48,045 bases of DNA from Lysobacterales bacterium (GTDB lineage Bacteria > Pseudomonadota > Gammaproteobacteria > Xanthomonadales > SZUA-5). Shown here one piece after another: positions 1 to 8,807 of the stretch; the first letter of the stretch is position 1; every line of letters begins with the position of its first letter. A program made the position numbers and the translations under genes. The DNA lies in the NCBI GenBank assembly GCA_022844165.1, contig JALHMH010000036.1:1-48045 (forward strand). The letters are read 5' to 3'. The notes under the pieces were generated by a model. The model had not been told where the DNA came from, made no database searches, and worked only from the letters and a program-made list of their open reading frames with translations.

Positions 1-105
1 CCTTCATCTGGCGCAAGAGCGCCGATGCGATCATCGAAGCGGTAGCTCGTGCGGCAGGGAAATTGATTACTATTTAATGGTAGTTATTTTTGGGACACCA
101 CACTA
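1..105 (+). mobile_element. 3' end of an IS630-family insertion sequence (transposase C-terminus plus right end), truncated by the window edge
   Basis: Frame from nt 3 reads FIWRKSADAIIEAVARAAGKLITI* (TAA 75-77), resembling the '(KP)FxWxxSADxI' C-terminus of IS630 transposases. It is followed by ...TTTTGGGACACCACAC-TA (TA at 104-105), a typical IS630 end with a TA target. Confidence 0.75.
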
Positions 106-336
106 GTGTGGTGTTCCGTCATTAAGTTGAACAATATTTCCGATGGATTTCGGCGTCAGGCAAGGCGCGACGAGGGTGAAAGTCGGTGGCTTTCGCGGCA
201 TGCCGCGAGCCGACTTGAACGACCGGCGGCTGCGCCGCCGGGCCGGACGACATAGCTCATCTATGGCGACGAGAAGCAACGCTGCATGGGGTCGAAAGAC
301 GCGGAGATAGTTCAAGGTGATTACGGAACACCACAC
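106..336. mobile_element. Non-autonomous IS630-type MITE (~231 bp)
   Basis: Terminal inverted repeats are GTGTGGTGTTCCGTCATTAAGTTGAAC (106-132) and GTTCAAGGTGATTACGGAACACCACAC (310-336), with 4 mismatches. Flanks are TA (left) and TG (right). Internal hairpins are present and the ends resemble the adjacent IS630 end. Confidence 0.8.
174..247 (-). repeat. ~74-bp structured mini-module, copy 1 (nested in the IS630 MITE)
   Basis: Reverse complement is TCCGGCCCGGCGGC-GCA-GCCGCCGGTCGTTC-[stem/hairpin]-TCACCC, the same architecture as 41137-41211 and 47820-47893. Confidence 0.8.
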
Positions 337-452
337 TGGCGTCCTTGACAGAGCGGGATCTGGACAAATGAGTCTGTTTCTTCGAAGCGGCTTTGGCTGT
401 TGAAGCCCCCTTAAGTTAAGGGGCACGCACATTTTTCCAGATCCCGCGCTAG
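336..452 (+). repeat. Dispersed repeat family B, variant/truncated copy
   Basis: GTCCTTGACAGAGCGGGATCTGGACAAATGAGTCTGTTTCTTCGAAGCGGCTTTGGCTGTTGAAGCCCCC matches the reverse complement of the ~40980-41050 region. It has an internal inverted repeat 353-370/430-447 (17/18) and ends at CTAG 449-452, which contains the purH stop. Confidence 0.8.
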
Positions 453-2026
453 TGCCGAAAGTGTCGAACCCCGGTGAATACCATGGCGATGCCATGTTCG
501 TCAGCAGCGTCAATGACTTCTTTGTCGCGCATCGATCCGCCCGGTTGTATGACGGCACGAATGCCGGCTTTCGCTGCCGCATCAATGCCATCACGAAACG
601 GAAAAAACGCATCCGAAGCGAGCACTGCACCGGCCACGGGAAGGTTGGCAGCTTTGGCTTTCCACGCTGCGATTTCAGCGCTGACCACGCGGCTCATCTG
701 GCCAGCGCCAATGCCGATCGTGCGGCCACCGTGCGCATACACAATGGCGTTCGACTTGACATACATGGCGACTCGCCAGGCGAACAGCAGATCGCTCATT
801 TCCTGTGCGAGCGGCGCACGCTGTGAGACGACCTTAAGCGCCGCCGGCGTGAGCCGATCAAGATCGCTGTCCTGGACCAGAACGCCGCCCGCGATCCGTT
901 TGATATCCAGGCTTGCGCCGACCGCAGCGAGTGGCCCGATATCGAGGACGCGAATATTCGATTTGCTGGCGAGCGCCGCCAGCGCGCGTTCGTGGAATGC
1001 CGGTGCGATGACGACTTCGACAAACTGGCGCTCGACAAACAATCGAGCCGTATCGCCATCGAGCGGGCGATTGAAGGCAATGATGCCGCCGTAGGCTGAG
1101 ACTGGATCGCACGCGTAAGCGCGTTCGTAAGCCTCGCTCAAGTTCGCTGCAACCGCGACACCACAGGGATTGGCATGTTTCACGATGACGCACGCGGGTT
1201 CATCGAAGACACGCACACAGGCCAATGCGGCGTCGGCATCGGCGATGTTGTTGTAAGACAGCGCTTTGCCTTGATGCACATGCGCCGCGCCGATGCTGCC
1301 TGGATGTACCGGGTGTTCCAGATAAAGCGCAGCGCCCTGATGAGGATTTTCGCCGTAGCGCAAGACATCTGCGCGTCGGTAGCTTAAGTGCAACGTCGGC
1401 GGGAAGACCTCGGGTGTTCCTGGATTCTCTGCACGGGCGCCAAGGTATTCGGCGACCCGCCCGTCGTACTGGGCGCAATGCGCAAACGTTGTCGCTGCCC
1501 AGGCCCGTCGTTGCGCGAGTGTTGGTCCACCGCACGCGATCGCCGCCAGCAGTTCGGCATAGTTGGTGGGATTCACGATGGTACTGACACGCGCATGATT
1601 TTTGGCCGCTGCGCGCAACATCGCTGGTCCACCGATGTCGATGTTTTCGACTGCTTCGGCGAAACTGGCATCGGCGCGCGCGATGGTTGCAGCAAAGGGG
1701 TACAGATTTACGACGAGCAGGTCGATCGGCGAAATACCGTGTTCGCGCATCACTTCGCCATCGATATCGGCGCGGCCCAACAATCCGCCATGGATCTTCG
1801 GGTGCAGCGTCTTGACCCGCCCGTCCATGATCTCTGGAAATTCCGTGACTGCGCTGACATCAATCGCATTGATGCCGCTCTTGCGCAGCAGAGCAGCACT
1901 GCCGCCGGTGGACCAGATTTCGACACCGCGATCGTTCAATGCCCGCGCCAGCTCGACTACGCCAGTTTTATCCGATACGCTGATCAGCGCGCGCTGAATG
2001 GCAATACGATCACTGGCCGATGCCAT
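449..2026 (-). CDS. purH: Bifunctional AICAR transformylase/IMP cyclohydrolase
   Basis: Motifs [47 protein letters not shown] and C-terminal RHFRH. Start taken at ATG 2026 (MASASDR). Confidence 0.98.
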   Translation of the reverse strand: MASASDRIAIQRALISVSDKTGVVELARALNDRGVEIWSTGGSAALLRKSGINAIDVSAVTEFPEIMDGRVKTLHPKIHGGLLGRADIDGEVMREHGISPIDLLVVNLYPFAATIARADASFAEAVENIDIGGPAMLRAAAKNHARVSTIVNPTNYAELLAAIACGGPTLAQRRAWAATTFAHCAQYDGRVAEYLGARAENPGTPEVFPPTLHLSYRRADVLRYGENPHQGAALYLEHPVHPGSIGAAHVHQGKALSYNNIADADAALACVRVFDEPACVIVKHANPCGVAVAANLSEAYERAYACDPVSAYGGIIAFNRPLDGDTARLFVERQFVEVVIAPAFHERALAALASKSNIRVLDIGPLAAVGASLDIKRIAGGVLVQDSDLDRLTPAALKVVSQRAPLAQEMSDLLFAWRVAMYVKSNAIVYAHGGRTIGIGAGQMSRVVSAEIAAWKAKAANLPVAGAVLASDAFFPFRDGIDAAAKAGIRAVIQPGGSMRDKEVIDAADEHGIAMVFTGVRHFRH

Positions 2027-2291
2027 AGTCGTCCATTTTCTTGCGCAGCGTCGCACGCGTGATGCCGAGGATGTGTGCGGTACGTGTCAGGTTGCCCGCG
2101 CAAAAACGAAGCGCTTCTTCCAGCACAGGCTTTTCGACCTGACGCATCATCAAGGCGTGCAGATCGTTGCATTCGGTGCCGTTGAGATCGACAAGGTAGC
2201 GTCGAACAACGCGAGTAGCGGCATCGCGCAGCGTGGACTCCGCGCGGGTTGGTTCAAGGAGATTGCGATCTTGAGACAGCAATGCGGTCAT
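2010..2291 (-). CDS. fis: Fis DNA-binding protein
   Basis: ~93 aa with VEKP...[24 protein letters not shown], directly upstream of purH. Confidence 0.92.
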   Translation of the reverse strand: MTALLSQDRNLLEPTRAESTLRDAATRVVRRYLVDLNGTECNDLHALMMRQVEKPVLEEALRFCAGNLTRTAHILGITRATLRKKMDDYGIGQ

Positions 2292-2372
2292 GCAGAATTC
2301 CGGCGAACAAAGACAAATCATCCCTGCGCCGCACGTGGCAGCGTTGATCGGAGGGGTTTGGGATGAGATGAG

Positions 2373-2403
2373 AGTCTAACTCTGCGCCGGGCGATCGCGT
2401 CAA
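2373..2403 (-). promoter_or_regulatory. Possible sigma70 promoter for fis-purH
   Basis: Minus strand TTGACG-N19-TAGACT with an upstream A-tract. The spacer is longer than optimal. Confidence 0.3.
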
Positions 2404-2529
2404 TCATTTTTTGCGAGAATTGGGTGAGAATTTGCTTGTGCCTGGAAACGGTCTCTGTGATACAAGCGAGCACGATGAGAGCCTACATGCAGGTTGCAAA
2501 CCGACGAACGCAGCACAGTTCCTCTGGTA

Positions 2530-3426
2530 CTAACTTCGTGCACGCAGACAGGCGAGTGCCCGTCGGCGCATCAAGGCACCAAAACCCAGTTTCTGGAATA
2601 GCGCATCGATGCCCTCGGGGTCGCCGCGACTGGGCGTCAGCAGCGGAATGTCCGGTGTTGGCGCATCCATCGCAACGGCACTCAGGCGTTGGCTCAAGTA
2701 AGCGTTGTCGCGCTGTTCGCGCAGCCTGGCCTTCAGCGTTCCCGCACCGCGTATCTTCAAGAACTCGATCTCATTGATCCGCTGATAGATCGCATCGAGC
2801 GAGCCGAAATGTCTGAGCAGGCGCGCGGCCGTTTGTGGGCCGATACCACTGACACCAGGGATGTTGTCGATGGGGTCGCCGGCGAGCGCCAGCCAGTCGA
2901 CGATTTGCGTCGGTTTGACGCCAAATTTTTCTTCGACTTCCTTAGGGCCGTAACGGCGATCCTTGCCGAAGTCCCATTGCTCATCTCCATCGCGTATCAA
3001 CTGCGTCAGGTCCTTGTCGGCCGACAGCACCAGGATGGGCTTGCCGTGCGCACGAGCACGATGCGCCAACGTGCCGATCAAGTCGTCTGCCTCATAGCGT
3101 TTATCGCAGAGGCTGACAATGCCCAAAGCACGAACGACGTCCTGGCAATGCGTGAACTGCCGCGTTAATGCGGTGTCGGGCGGCTCGCGATTGGCCTTGT
3201 ACGCCGGATAAAAATCGTTGCGAAAACTGGTGCTCAGCGAGTTGTCGAAACACACCGCGAGATGCGTGGGCTTGAGTTGCTCCAGCACTTGCAGCAACAC
3301 ATGCGTAAATCCGTGCACGGCATGCGTCGACCAGCCCTCTTCGTCTTGCCAGTCGGGTGCCAGGGCGTGCCACGCCCGAAACACGTACAAACTGGCGTCC
3401 ATCAGGACAACAGGCGCAGCGCTCAT
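2530..3426 (-). CDS. Standalone 5'-3' exonuclease/flap endonuclease (ExoIX/Xni-like)
   Basis: Motifs DASLYVFRA, FRNDFYPAYKANR, EADD, SADKD and the GDPIDNIPGVSGIG H3TH motif; no polymerase domain. ATGA overlap with the upstream stop. Confidence 0.92.
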   Translation of the reverse strand: MSAAPVVLMDASLYVFRAWHALAPDWQDEEGWSTHAVHGFTHVLLQVLEQLKPTHLAVCFDNSLSTSFRNDFYPAYKANREPPDTALTRQFTHCQDVVRALGIVSLCDKRYEADDLIGTLAHRARAHGKPILVLSADKDLTQLIRDGDEQWDFGKDRRYGPKEVEEKFGVKPTQIVDWLALAGDPIDNIPGVSGIGPQTAARLLRHFGSLDAIYQRINEIEFLKIRGAGTLKARLREQRDNAYLSQRLSAVAMDAPTPDIPLLTPSRGDPEGIDALFQKLGFGALMRRRALACLRARS

Positions 3427-3995
3427 GGTGCGCGCCATTCGCTGAGCAACTGCGCAGCCTTCGGGCGCTCACGATCGGGCGGCAATTCGGTGGGCTTTGT
3501 TCCGAGGTAGACGAAAGCCACCACTTGTTCGTTATGTGCCAGTCCAAACAGTGCTGCAGCGTCCCGATCGTACGCTGGCCAACCGGTCAGCCACTGCGCA
3601 CCGAAACCTAGACACTCCGCGCCAATGAGCAGATTCTGGGCGAGCGCGGCGGCGCTCATCAGTTGCTCCTGTATTGGTACTTTGTGCCCAGCCGTCAGTC
3701 GCGCGACGACGATCAGCACCATTGGCGCGCGGTCGAAGCGGTGTAGGTCCTTCTCGATCGCGGCGGCGTCGAGTACCTCGCCACGCGCACTGCGTAGTGT
3801 GACCAGTGCTTTGCCCAACGCGGAACGCGCATCGCCTGAAATACAGACCAAACGCCACGGTTGCAGTCGACCGTGATCCGGTACCCGCGCTGCAGCGTCG
3901 ATCAACTGCTCCAGTTCGGTCGCTGAGGGTGCTGGCTCGACCAATAATCGCGAGGGTGTAGAGCGGCGTTGCAGCAGAGGAGACAATGGCGTCAT
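3423..3995 (-). CDS. Nitroreductase family protein (YdjA-like)
   Basis: Motifs RRSTPSR, PDHGRLQPWR, RAPMV and GFGAQWLTGW. Confidence 0.92.
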   Translation of the reverse strand: MTPLSPLLQRRSTPSRLLVEPAPSATELEQLIDAAARVPDHGRLQPWRLVCISGDARSALGKALVTLRSARGEVLDAAAIEKDLHRFDRAPMVLIVVARLTAGHKVPIQEQLMSAAALAQNLLIGAECLGFGAQWLTGWPAYDRDAAALFGLAHNEQVVAFVYLGTKPTELPPDRERPKAAQLLSEWRAP

Positions 3996-4230
3996 ATGGC
4001 GAGTCCGGTATTGAATCGCGGTAACGATAGCAGCGTCGCTCACGGAAGCCTTCGCGCGCCTGGGCGTCCGGCGCTGTGGTTACCAGGTGGACCGGTTCAC
4101 GGACAACCGTGGCGGGGCATTCTGATTGTCGCTGGGCTGTTGCGGAGCTGGCGAAGGTGCGGAGAATTGGCGGGAACAGCGGAAAGCGTTGCGCGACATC
4201 GCGATCCGGCAATGCTGACTCGCGTTGGAC

Positions 4231-4869
4231 TCACAATTTGATCAATCCCTGCTGCACGGCATTGAACACAGCTTCGGAGCGGGAGGTGGCAGCGAGTTTG
4301 GGGTAGAGGTTCTTGACGTGATGGGCGAGGGTGTTGGTTTGCATGCCCAGGATCTCCGCGGCCTGACGGTAGGTGTGGCCCCGCGCCAGTGTCTCCAGCA
4401 CTTCGCGTTCGCGCGGTGTCAGCTCGTTCATTGGATTGGTCTTCGCGTGGCGTTCCTGTTGGCGCAACTTGCGCAGCATGAAACCGGCGACGGCAGAGGA
4501 AATAGGCGATTCGCCGGCGGCGGCGGCGCGCAGCGCATCGAGTAGCTCGGTGCTGTCGGCGCCTTTCAGGACATATCCATCGACGCCGGCTTCGATGGCC
4601 TCAAGTACGCTGGTTTCATCGCCGAATAGCGTGAACACCACCACCACTGGCCGGCGTTTGCCGAGTGATTTCAGCAGTTCCGTGCCGCGACCATCGGGCA
4701 AGCCTAGATCGAGCAAGAGAATGTCGGCGGGTTGGGCGAGCGCAGCGCGCGCCTGATCCAGATCGTGCGCGATCCAGACGAGCGTAAATTCGTCGGTGCT
4801 GGAAAGGCTTCGTTGCACGGATTCGCAGACCGCGAGGTTATCTTCGACGAGGGCGACGGTTTTGGTCAT
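4231..4869 (-). CDS. NarL/LuxR-family response regulator
   Basis: REC domain (LVED, LLDLGLPD, GYVLK) plus LuxR HTH (LTPREREVL). Confidence 0.95.
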   Translation of the reverse strand: MTKTVALVEDNLAVCESVQRSLSSTDEFTLVWIAHDLDQARAALAQPADILLLDLGLPDGRGTELLKSLGKRRPVVVVFTLFGDETSVLEAIEAGVDGYVLKGADSTELLDALRAAAAGESPISSAVAGFMLRKLRQQERHAKTNPMNELTPREREVLETLARGHTYRQAAEILGMQTNTLAHHVKNLYPKLAATSRSEAVFNAVQQGLIKL

Positions 4870-4920
4870 GTGCGGATCCGGAATGTGCGGCGACTATGGT
4901 GACGATAGCGATCGGCAACA

Positions 4921-4959
4921 TCCCATGTGCATGGGAGGCGGTATCCCATATTGTTGGGA
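4921..4959. promoter_or_regulatory. Two tandem 16-bp palindromes TCCCA-N6-TGGGA; candidate operator for the response regulator
   Basis: TCCCATGTGCATGGGA (4921-4936, 7-2-7 inverted repeat) and TCCCATATTGTTGGGA (4944-4959) lie 23 bp apart, between the divergent regulator and kinase genes. Confidence 0.55.
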
Positions 4960-4979
4960 CAAGATCGCCGCTGGCAAGC

Positions 4980-5175
4980 TGCTCGGCGGCCTGAGGCGAA
5001 GCCTCGCTAGAGTCCTTGATGAAGCTGGATCTTGTCATTTGAGTCAAATTTTCTTAGGAGCGGCTTTGGCTTTTGCAGCCCCTTAAGTTAAGGGGCGCGC
5101 GAAGCGCGGGTTGTGGCAAGTTCGGTGTCTGGCGAAGCCAGCAATGCTCGGCGGCCTGAGGCGAAGCCTCGCTAG
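4980..5175 (+). repeat. Dispersed repeat family B, short form (CTAG 5007 to CTAG 5175), preceded by a duplicate of its last 31 bp
   Basis: CTAGAGTCCTTGATGAAGCTGGATCT...GGCCTGAGGCGAAGCCTCGCTAG. Positions 4980-5010 are identical to 5145-5175. Homologous to 40882-41298 and 47739-47984 in the opposite orientation. Confidence 0.85.
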
Positions 5176-5195
5176 TGTTGTTACGGGGGAAGGTG

Positions 5196-7070
5196 ATGCG
5201 CGCGTTGATGTGGTGCTTGTTTTGGTTGGTGCTGTTTCTGCCGGCGGTACATGTCGCCGAACGATTGGCGCTTCCTGAGGGCATGGACGCGCGCGACTCG
5301 ATTGCCTATCGCTTGTACGACGCCAACGGAAACGAATTTGCCAACGGACCTTGGGCCGCGCCGCGTATTGGCTTGGAGGGTTATGTCGTCGATGTCGTCG
5401 AAAATGCCGAGCGCATCGTTTTCGAAGTGCCCTTCGAACGCGCCGCAGATGATGATCAGCCGCTGGGTCTGTACTTCAGTTTGCAAGAGCAGACGCTTGA
5501 AGTTCGCGTCAACGGCACGGTCATTCGTTCTACCAAAAGCATTCCAAAGTTCGAGGGCATGTTGACCAGCGAACCGGCGTTCTACGCGATGCCGGTCGAC
5601 AGTTTGATCGTTGGCCAGAATTGGCTCGAAATCCACAAGACGGCAATGGGCGTCGACATGGCTCTCAGTCCATTCGCCGTAGGTCCGGCGGACGAGTTGA
5701 TCGAGGCCTATCGCTGGCGAAGCTTCTTTGTGATCGATCTTGGACTGATCAGTATCGGCGTGCAGTTGTTCGTGCTGCTGCTGATGGCATTGATCAATTG
5801 GCCGGAGACCGAAAGACCGCGCATTCGCGCGCTGATGTTGATCATTGCGCTGAATGCTGCAGCGATCTACTTCCTGAGTTTCAGGCCACCCTTCGAGATG
5901 ACGTTGGCGCAGTTCGTTTATCTATGGAGTGGCCTGAATCTGGCGTTGGGGCTCGCGGTATTGGCTTTCGCTGCATTCGATAGTGCCGTGAGGTTGCCAA
6001 TTCGCATGCGTTGGGTCTGGGTGGGCATCTTTGCGGCGCATGCTGCGGCGTTCGCAGTGTTGCCGCTCGATGTCGACAGGTCACTCACCAAGCTGGTGAA
6101 TGTGCCTTATGGGTTCCTTAGTGTTACGACGTTGGCCTCGATCCTGCTGTTGGCGCTGGCGGTGATCCGATCCAATCCTGCGCGGCGCTTCGAGCGCAGC
6201 GTGCTGGCGCTGTCGTTCGGCGCCATGGCGCTCGACCGTATCGGCTCGTTGATCGATCTGCATTCGCCCTTCGACGCCAGTTTGCCGATGACGCTGACCT
6301 GGGGGCCGATTCTCGGCACTTTTCTCGGTCTCTCGATGCTCCTGGCGCTGGCGCGCGAAGCGGCGCGTGCGCGGGAAGTGGTGGATCAGGCCAACCAGCG
6401 CCTCGCACAGGCTCTGGCAGCCCGCGAGGCTGAGCTGGCCGAAAGCTATCGGCAGCGCGAGGCGATCCAGCGGCAGGCGGCGGTGCTGGAGGAACGCCAG
6501 CGACTGGTGCGCGATATGCACGATGGCATCGGTGGTCAATTGATGAGTTTGAAGCTCAAAGCCGAATCGGGATCGCTCGATCAAGCCACACTGAAAAGTG
6601 GTGTCACTAACAGCCTCAACGATCTGCGGCTGATCGTCGATTCGCTCGACAGTGCCGAGGACGGCGTATCGCTCACGCTGGTGGCCTTCGAGCGCCGCTT
6701 ACGACAACAGCTGGCGGGCACCGGCGTGACGTTGAAAGTGATCGACGAAACCGGCAATGCGCATGCCGCGCTGGCGCCGCGTCAGATCTTGAACGTACTG
6801 CGAGTACTGCAGGAGGCCGTGACCAATGCGCTGGCGCACGGCAAGGCGACTTTGTTGGAGCTGCGGGCGCGTTTCGCAGATGACGAGCGCAACTTCGAAT
6901 TCCTGCTGATCGACAACGGATCAGGTATCGATGCGACACAACCGGCGGGCCATGGACTGCGCAATATGCAACAACGCGCTGCGGCGATTGGCGGTGTGTG
7001 CGCCGTCGACAGCGATGCGAGCGGGACGCGGGTGCGAATTTGTGTCCCAGCTGCTGCTGCGGTGAGTTAG
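5196..7070 (+). CDS. Membrane sensor histidine kinase (HisKA_3/NarX-type), periplasmic domain plus ~7 TM
   Basis: H-box ERQRLVRDMHDG, N-box QEAVTNALAHG, DNGSG and GHGLRNM. GGGGAAGG RBS before ATG 5196. Confidence 0.93.
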   Translation: MRALMWCLFWLVLFLPAVHVAERLALPEGMDARDSIAYRLYDANGNEFANGPWAAPRIGLEGYVVDVVENAERIVFEVPFERAADDDQPLGLYFSLQEQTLEVRVNGTVIRSTKSIPKFEGMLTSEPAFYAMPVDSLIVGQNWLEIHKTAMGVDMALSPFAVGPADELIEAYRWRSFFVIDLGLISIGVQLFVLLLMALINWPETERPRIRALMLIIALNAAAIYFLSFRPPFEMTLAQFVYLWSGLNLALGLAVLAFAAFDSAVRLPIRMRWVWVGIFAAHAAAFAVLPLDVDRSLTKLVNVPYGFLSVTTLASILLLALAVIRSNPARRFERSVLALSFGAMALDRIGSLIDLHSPFDASLPMTLTWGPILGTFLGLSMLLALAREAARAREVVDQANQRLAQALAAREAELAESYRQREAIQRQAAVLEERQRLVRDMHDGIGGQLMSLKLKAESGSLDQATLKSGVTNSLNDLRLIVDSLDSAEDGVSLTLVAFERRLRQQLAGTGVTLKVIDETGNAHAALAPRQILNVLRVLQEAVTNALAHGKATLLELRARFADDERNFEFLLIDNGSGIDATQPAGHGLRNMQQRAAAIGGVCAVDSDASGTRVRICVPAAAAVS

Positions 7071-7114
7071 CGATCCGGCACAGGGCCGACGCACGGCTTC
7101 GATCATAGTTGCCA

Positions 7115-8797
7115 CTACAAATTTGCCGAAGGGAGCACGTGCTCGGACTGATGGAACCCATGGCACGCAATACAGGTACTCGGGAGTAACTCCTGGTGAT
7201 GCTCACCTGCGTGGCACTGACGGCAGTTAGTGATTTCGGGAATCAGCAAATCGGCGCTCGCCTGCGATTGACTCGCGATGTGGCAGGCTTCGCAGTCCAT
7301 CGTGACGTGGGCGTTGTGCGTGAAGCGCGATTTTTCGTACCACTGGCCTGCCACCCGCACGGGAGCAACCTGCCAGCCGCCCCGGACTGCGGCGGGGTCT
7401 TTGCTGACGCTATGACACACGCCGCAGGCCCGCCCAGAAAACAGCGTATCGGTGGTCTGGGTGGACTTTTGTTGCGCCCAGGCAAGCGCCTCGCGACGCT
7501 CTTCTTGCGACGGCGGCGGCTGTCCAGGACGCCGCCGTTGGCGCACGATCACGGGCGCGGTGACATCGTCGTAACCACCTTCCAGGGCGACTTTTGCGTA
7601 GAACTCATCGAGCATGTATTGCACAGCCGCAACGTCGGCGTGCGGCACCTGACGGTCTGGGATTCGCAGATCGAAATCCAGGCGATGGCAGTCCTGGCAG
7701 TGCTGCTCAAAATCGATTGGTGCGATCAGCGCACCACCGGGCTCGGCGGTATGGCAATCGGCGCAAACCAGGTTCACCGTTCCGCTTGGGCTGGTCACAC
7801 CACGCTCGCGCAAATGCGTGGCGTGCGGGAACTTGAGCCCGGAGCTTTCGATCAGCGGGATCTGGTCCATGCTCGTGCGCACAGGCGCAAAACTCCCGTC
7901 TTCGGCCCAGGCAGGCAGCAGCACACTGAACTGCGGATGCGAGCGTCCGAAGTCTTCCACATTGGTCAATAGCGTTTGATTCGGAATGCGTTCAGTCAAA
8001 TTGCGATGACAATCGGAGCACAGGATCTGGTCGTTGCGCACCAGGCCTTCATTGCCGTTGTGGTCGCGATGGCAATGCGCGCAACGGGCCTCGGCAATGT
8101 CTGGTAGCGGGAACTGTGCCGGATCGGCGTGCGCCGGCGTGGCGGTGTGGCAGGCCACACACTTTTCATCTTGCACAACTTCGAACGGCTCGCCGTGGCA
8201 GGCCTGACAATCGCCTGCCATCGTGTGGTGCGCGTCGTGCAGACGTCCGGTGTCCCAGGCGTTTATCGCGACCATCGGCATGTGCTCCGTCGCGATGCGC
8301 AGCGTCGGTACATAGTGCGCCGCCAAGGGAATACCCAAACCGATGATCAGCATCGAGACCAGTCCGATCCACGCCGCGCGGCGTTTGCCGGCGCCCGCTT
8401 CGGCCAGTGTCATTGGTAGCGCTTCGGCGTCTTCGCGGGCGGCAACTTCGGTTTTGTCGACCAACGACACTTCCACCGCGGCTTCGAAGTCCTTCGGTGG
8501 ATCGACCAGCGTGATGCGCGTATTGCCGACCTCGATCTGGCTGCCAGAGGTGGCGGTCGCGTTTTGTTCGAGTCTGCCGTCCAGACGAATGCCGGAGGCG
8601 ACCAATGCCTCAATACGGTAGCGGCCGTTGCCCAGCACAGTGACGGTGGCATGCTCCAGAGCAGCCCGTAGATCGTTGACGAAAATCGCTTGATCGGCGG
8701 CGCGGCCGATGCTCAGCGTATCGCCAAAGTGGATTTCCTCCTCGTACGAGACGCTGCCTTTGCCTTTTTTGACGACGCGGCGAATGTGCCATTTCAT
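7115..8797 (-). CDS. FHA-like domain + TM anchor + decaheme cytochrome c
   Basis: Ten CxxCH motifs (CQACH, CVACH, CAHCH, CSDCH, CADCH, CQDCH, CGVCH, CEACH, CRQCH, CIACH). N-terminal SIGR...EHA FHA-like segment and one hydrophobic helix (WIGLVSMLIIGLGIPL). Confidence 0.9.
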   Translation of the reverse strand: MKWHIRRVVKKGKGSVSYEEEIHFGDTLSIGRAADQAIFVNDLRAALEHATVTVLGNGRYRIEALVASGIRLDGRLEQNATATSGSQIEVGNTRITLVDPPKDFEAAVEVSLVDKTEVAAREDAEALPMTLAEAGAGKRRAAWIGLVSMLIIGLGIPLAAHYVPTLRIATEHMPMVAINAWDTGRLHDAHHTMAGDCQACHGEPFEVVQDEKCVACHTATPAHADPAQFPLPDIAEARCAHCHRDHNGNEGLVRNDQILCSDCHRNLTERIPNQTLLTNVEDFGRSHPQFSVLLPAWAEDGSFAPVRTSMDQIPLIESSGLKFPHATHLRERGVTSPSGTVNLVCADCHTAEPGGALIAPIDFEQHCQDCHRLDFDLRIPDRQVPHADVAAVQYMLDEFYAKVALEGGYDDVTAPVIVRQRRRPGQPPPSQEERREALAWAQQKSTQTTDTLFSGRACGVCHSVSKDPAAVRGGWQVAPVRVAGQWYEKSRFTHNAHVTMDCEACHIASQSQASADLLIPEITNCRQCHAGEHHQELLPSTCIACHGFHQSEHVLPSANL

Positions 8798-8807
8798 CGC
8801 TGCGCCC

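Noticed and set aside
174-247. Hammerhead ribozyme or integron attC as the identity of the 74-bp module
   Set aside because: The junctions are GGGTGA/GAAC rather than CTGANGA/GAAA, and there are no RYYYAAC/GTTRRRY ends.
103-630. ORF 103..630 (minus strand) as a gene
   Set aside because: It spans the MITE, the family-B repeat and an alternative frame of purH, and has no protein-like features.
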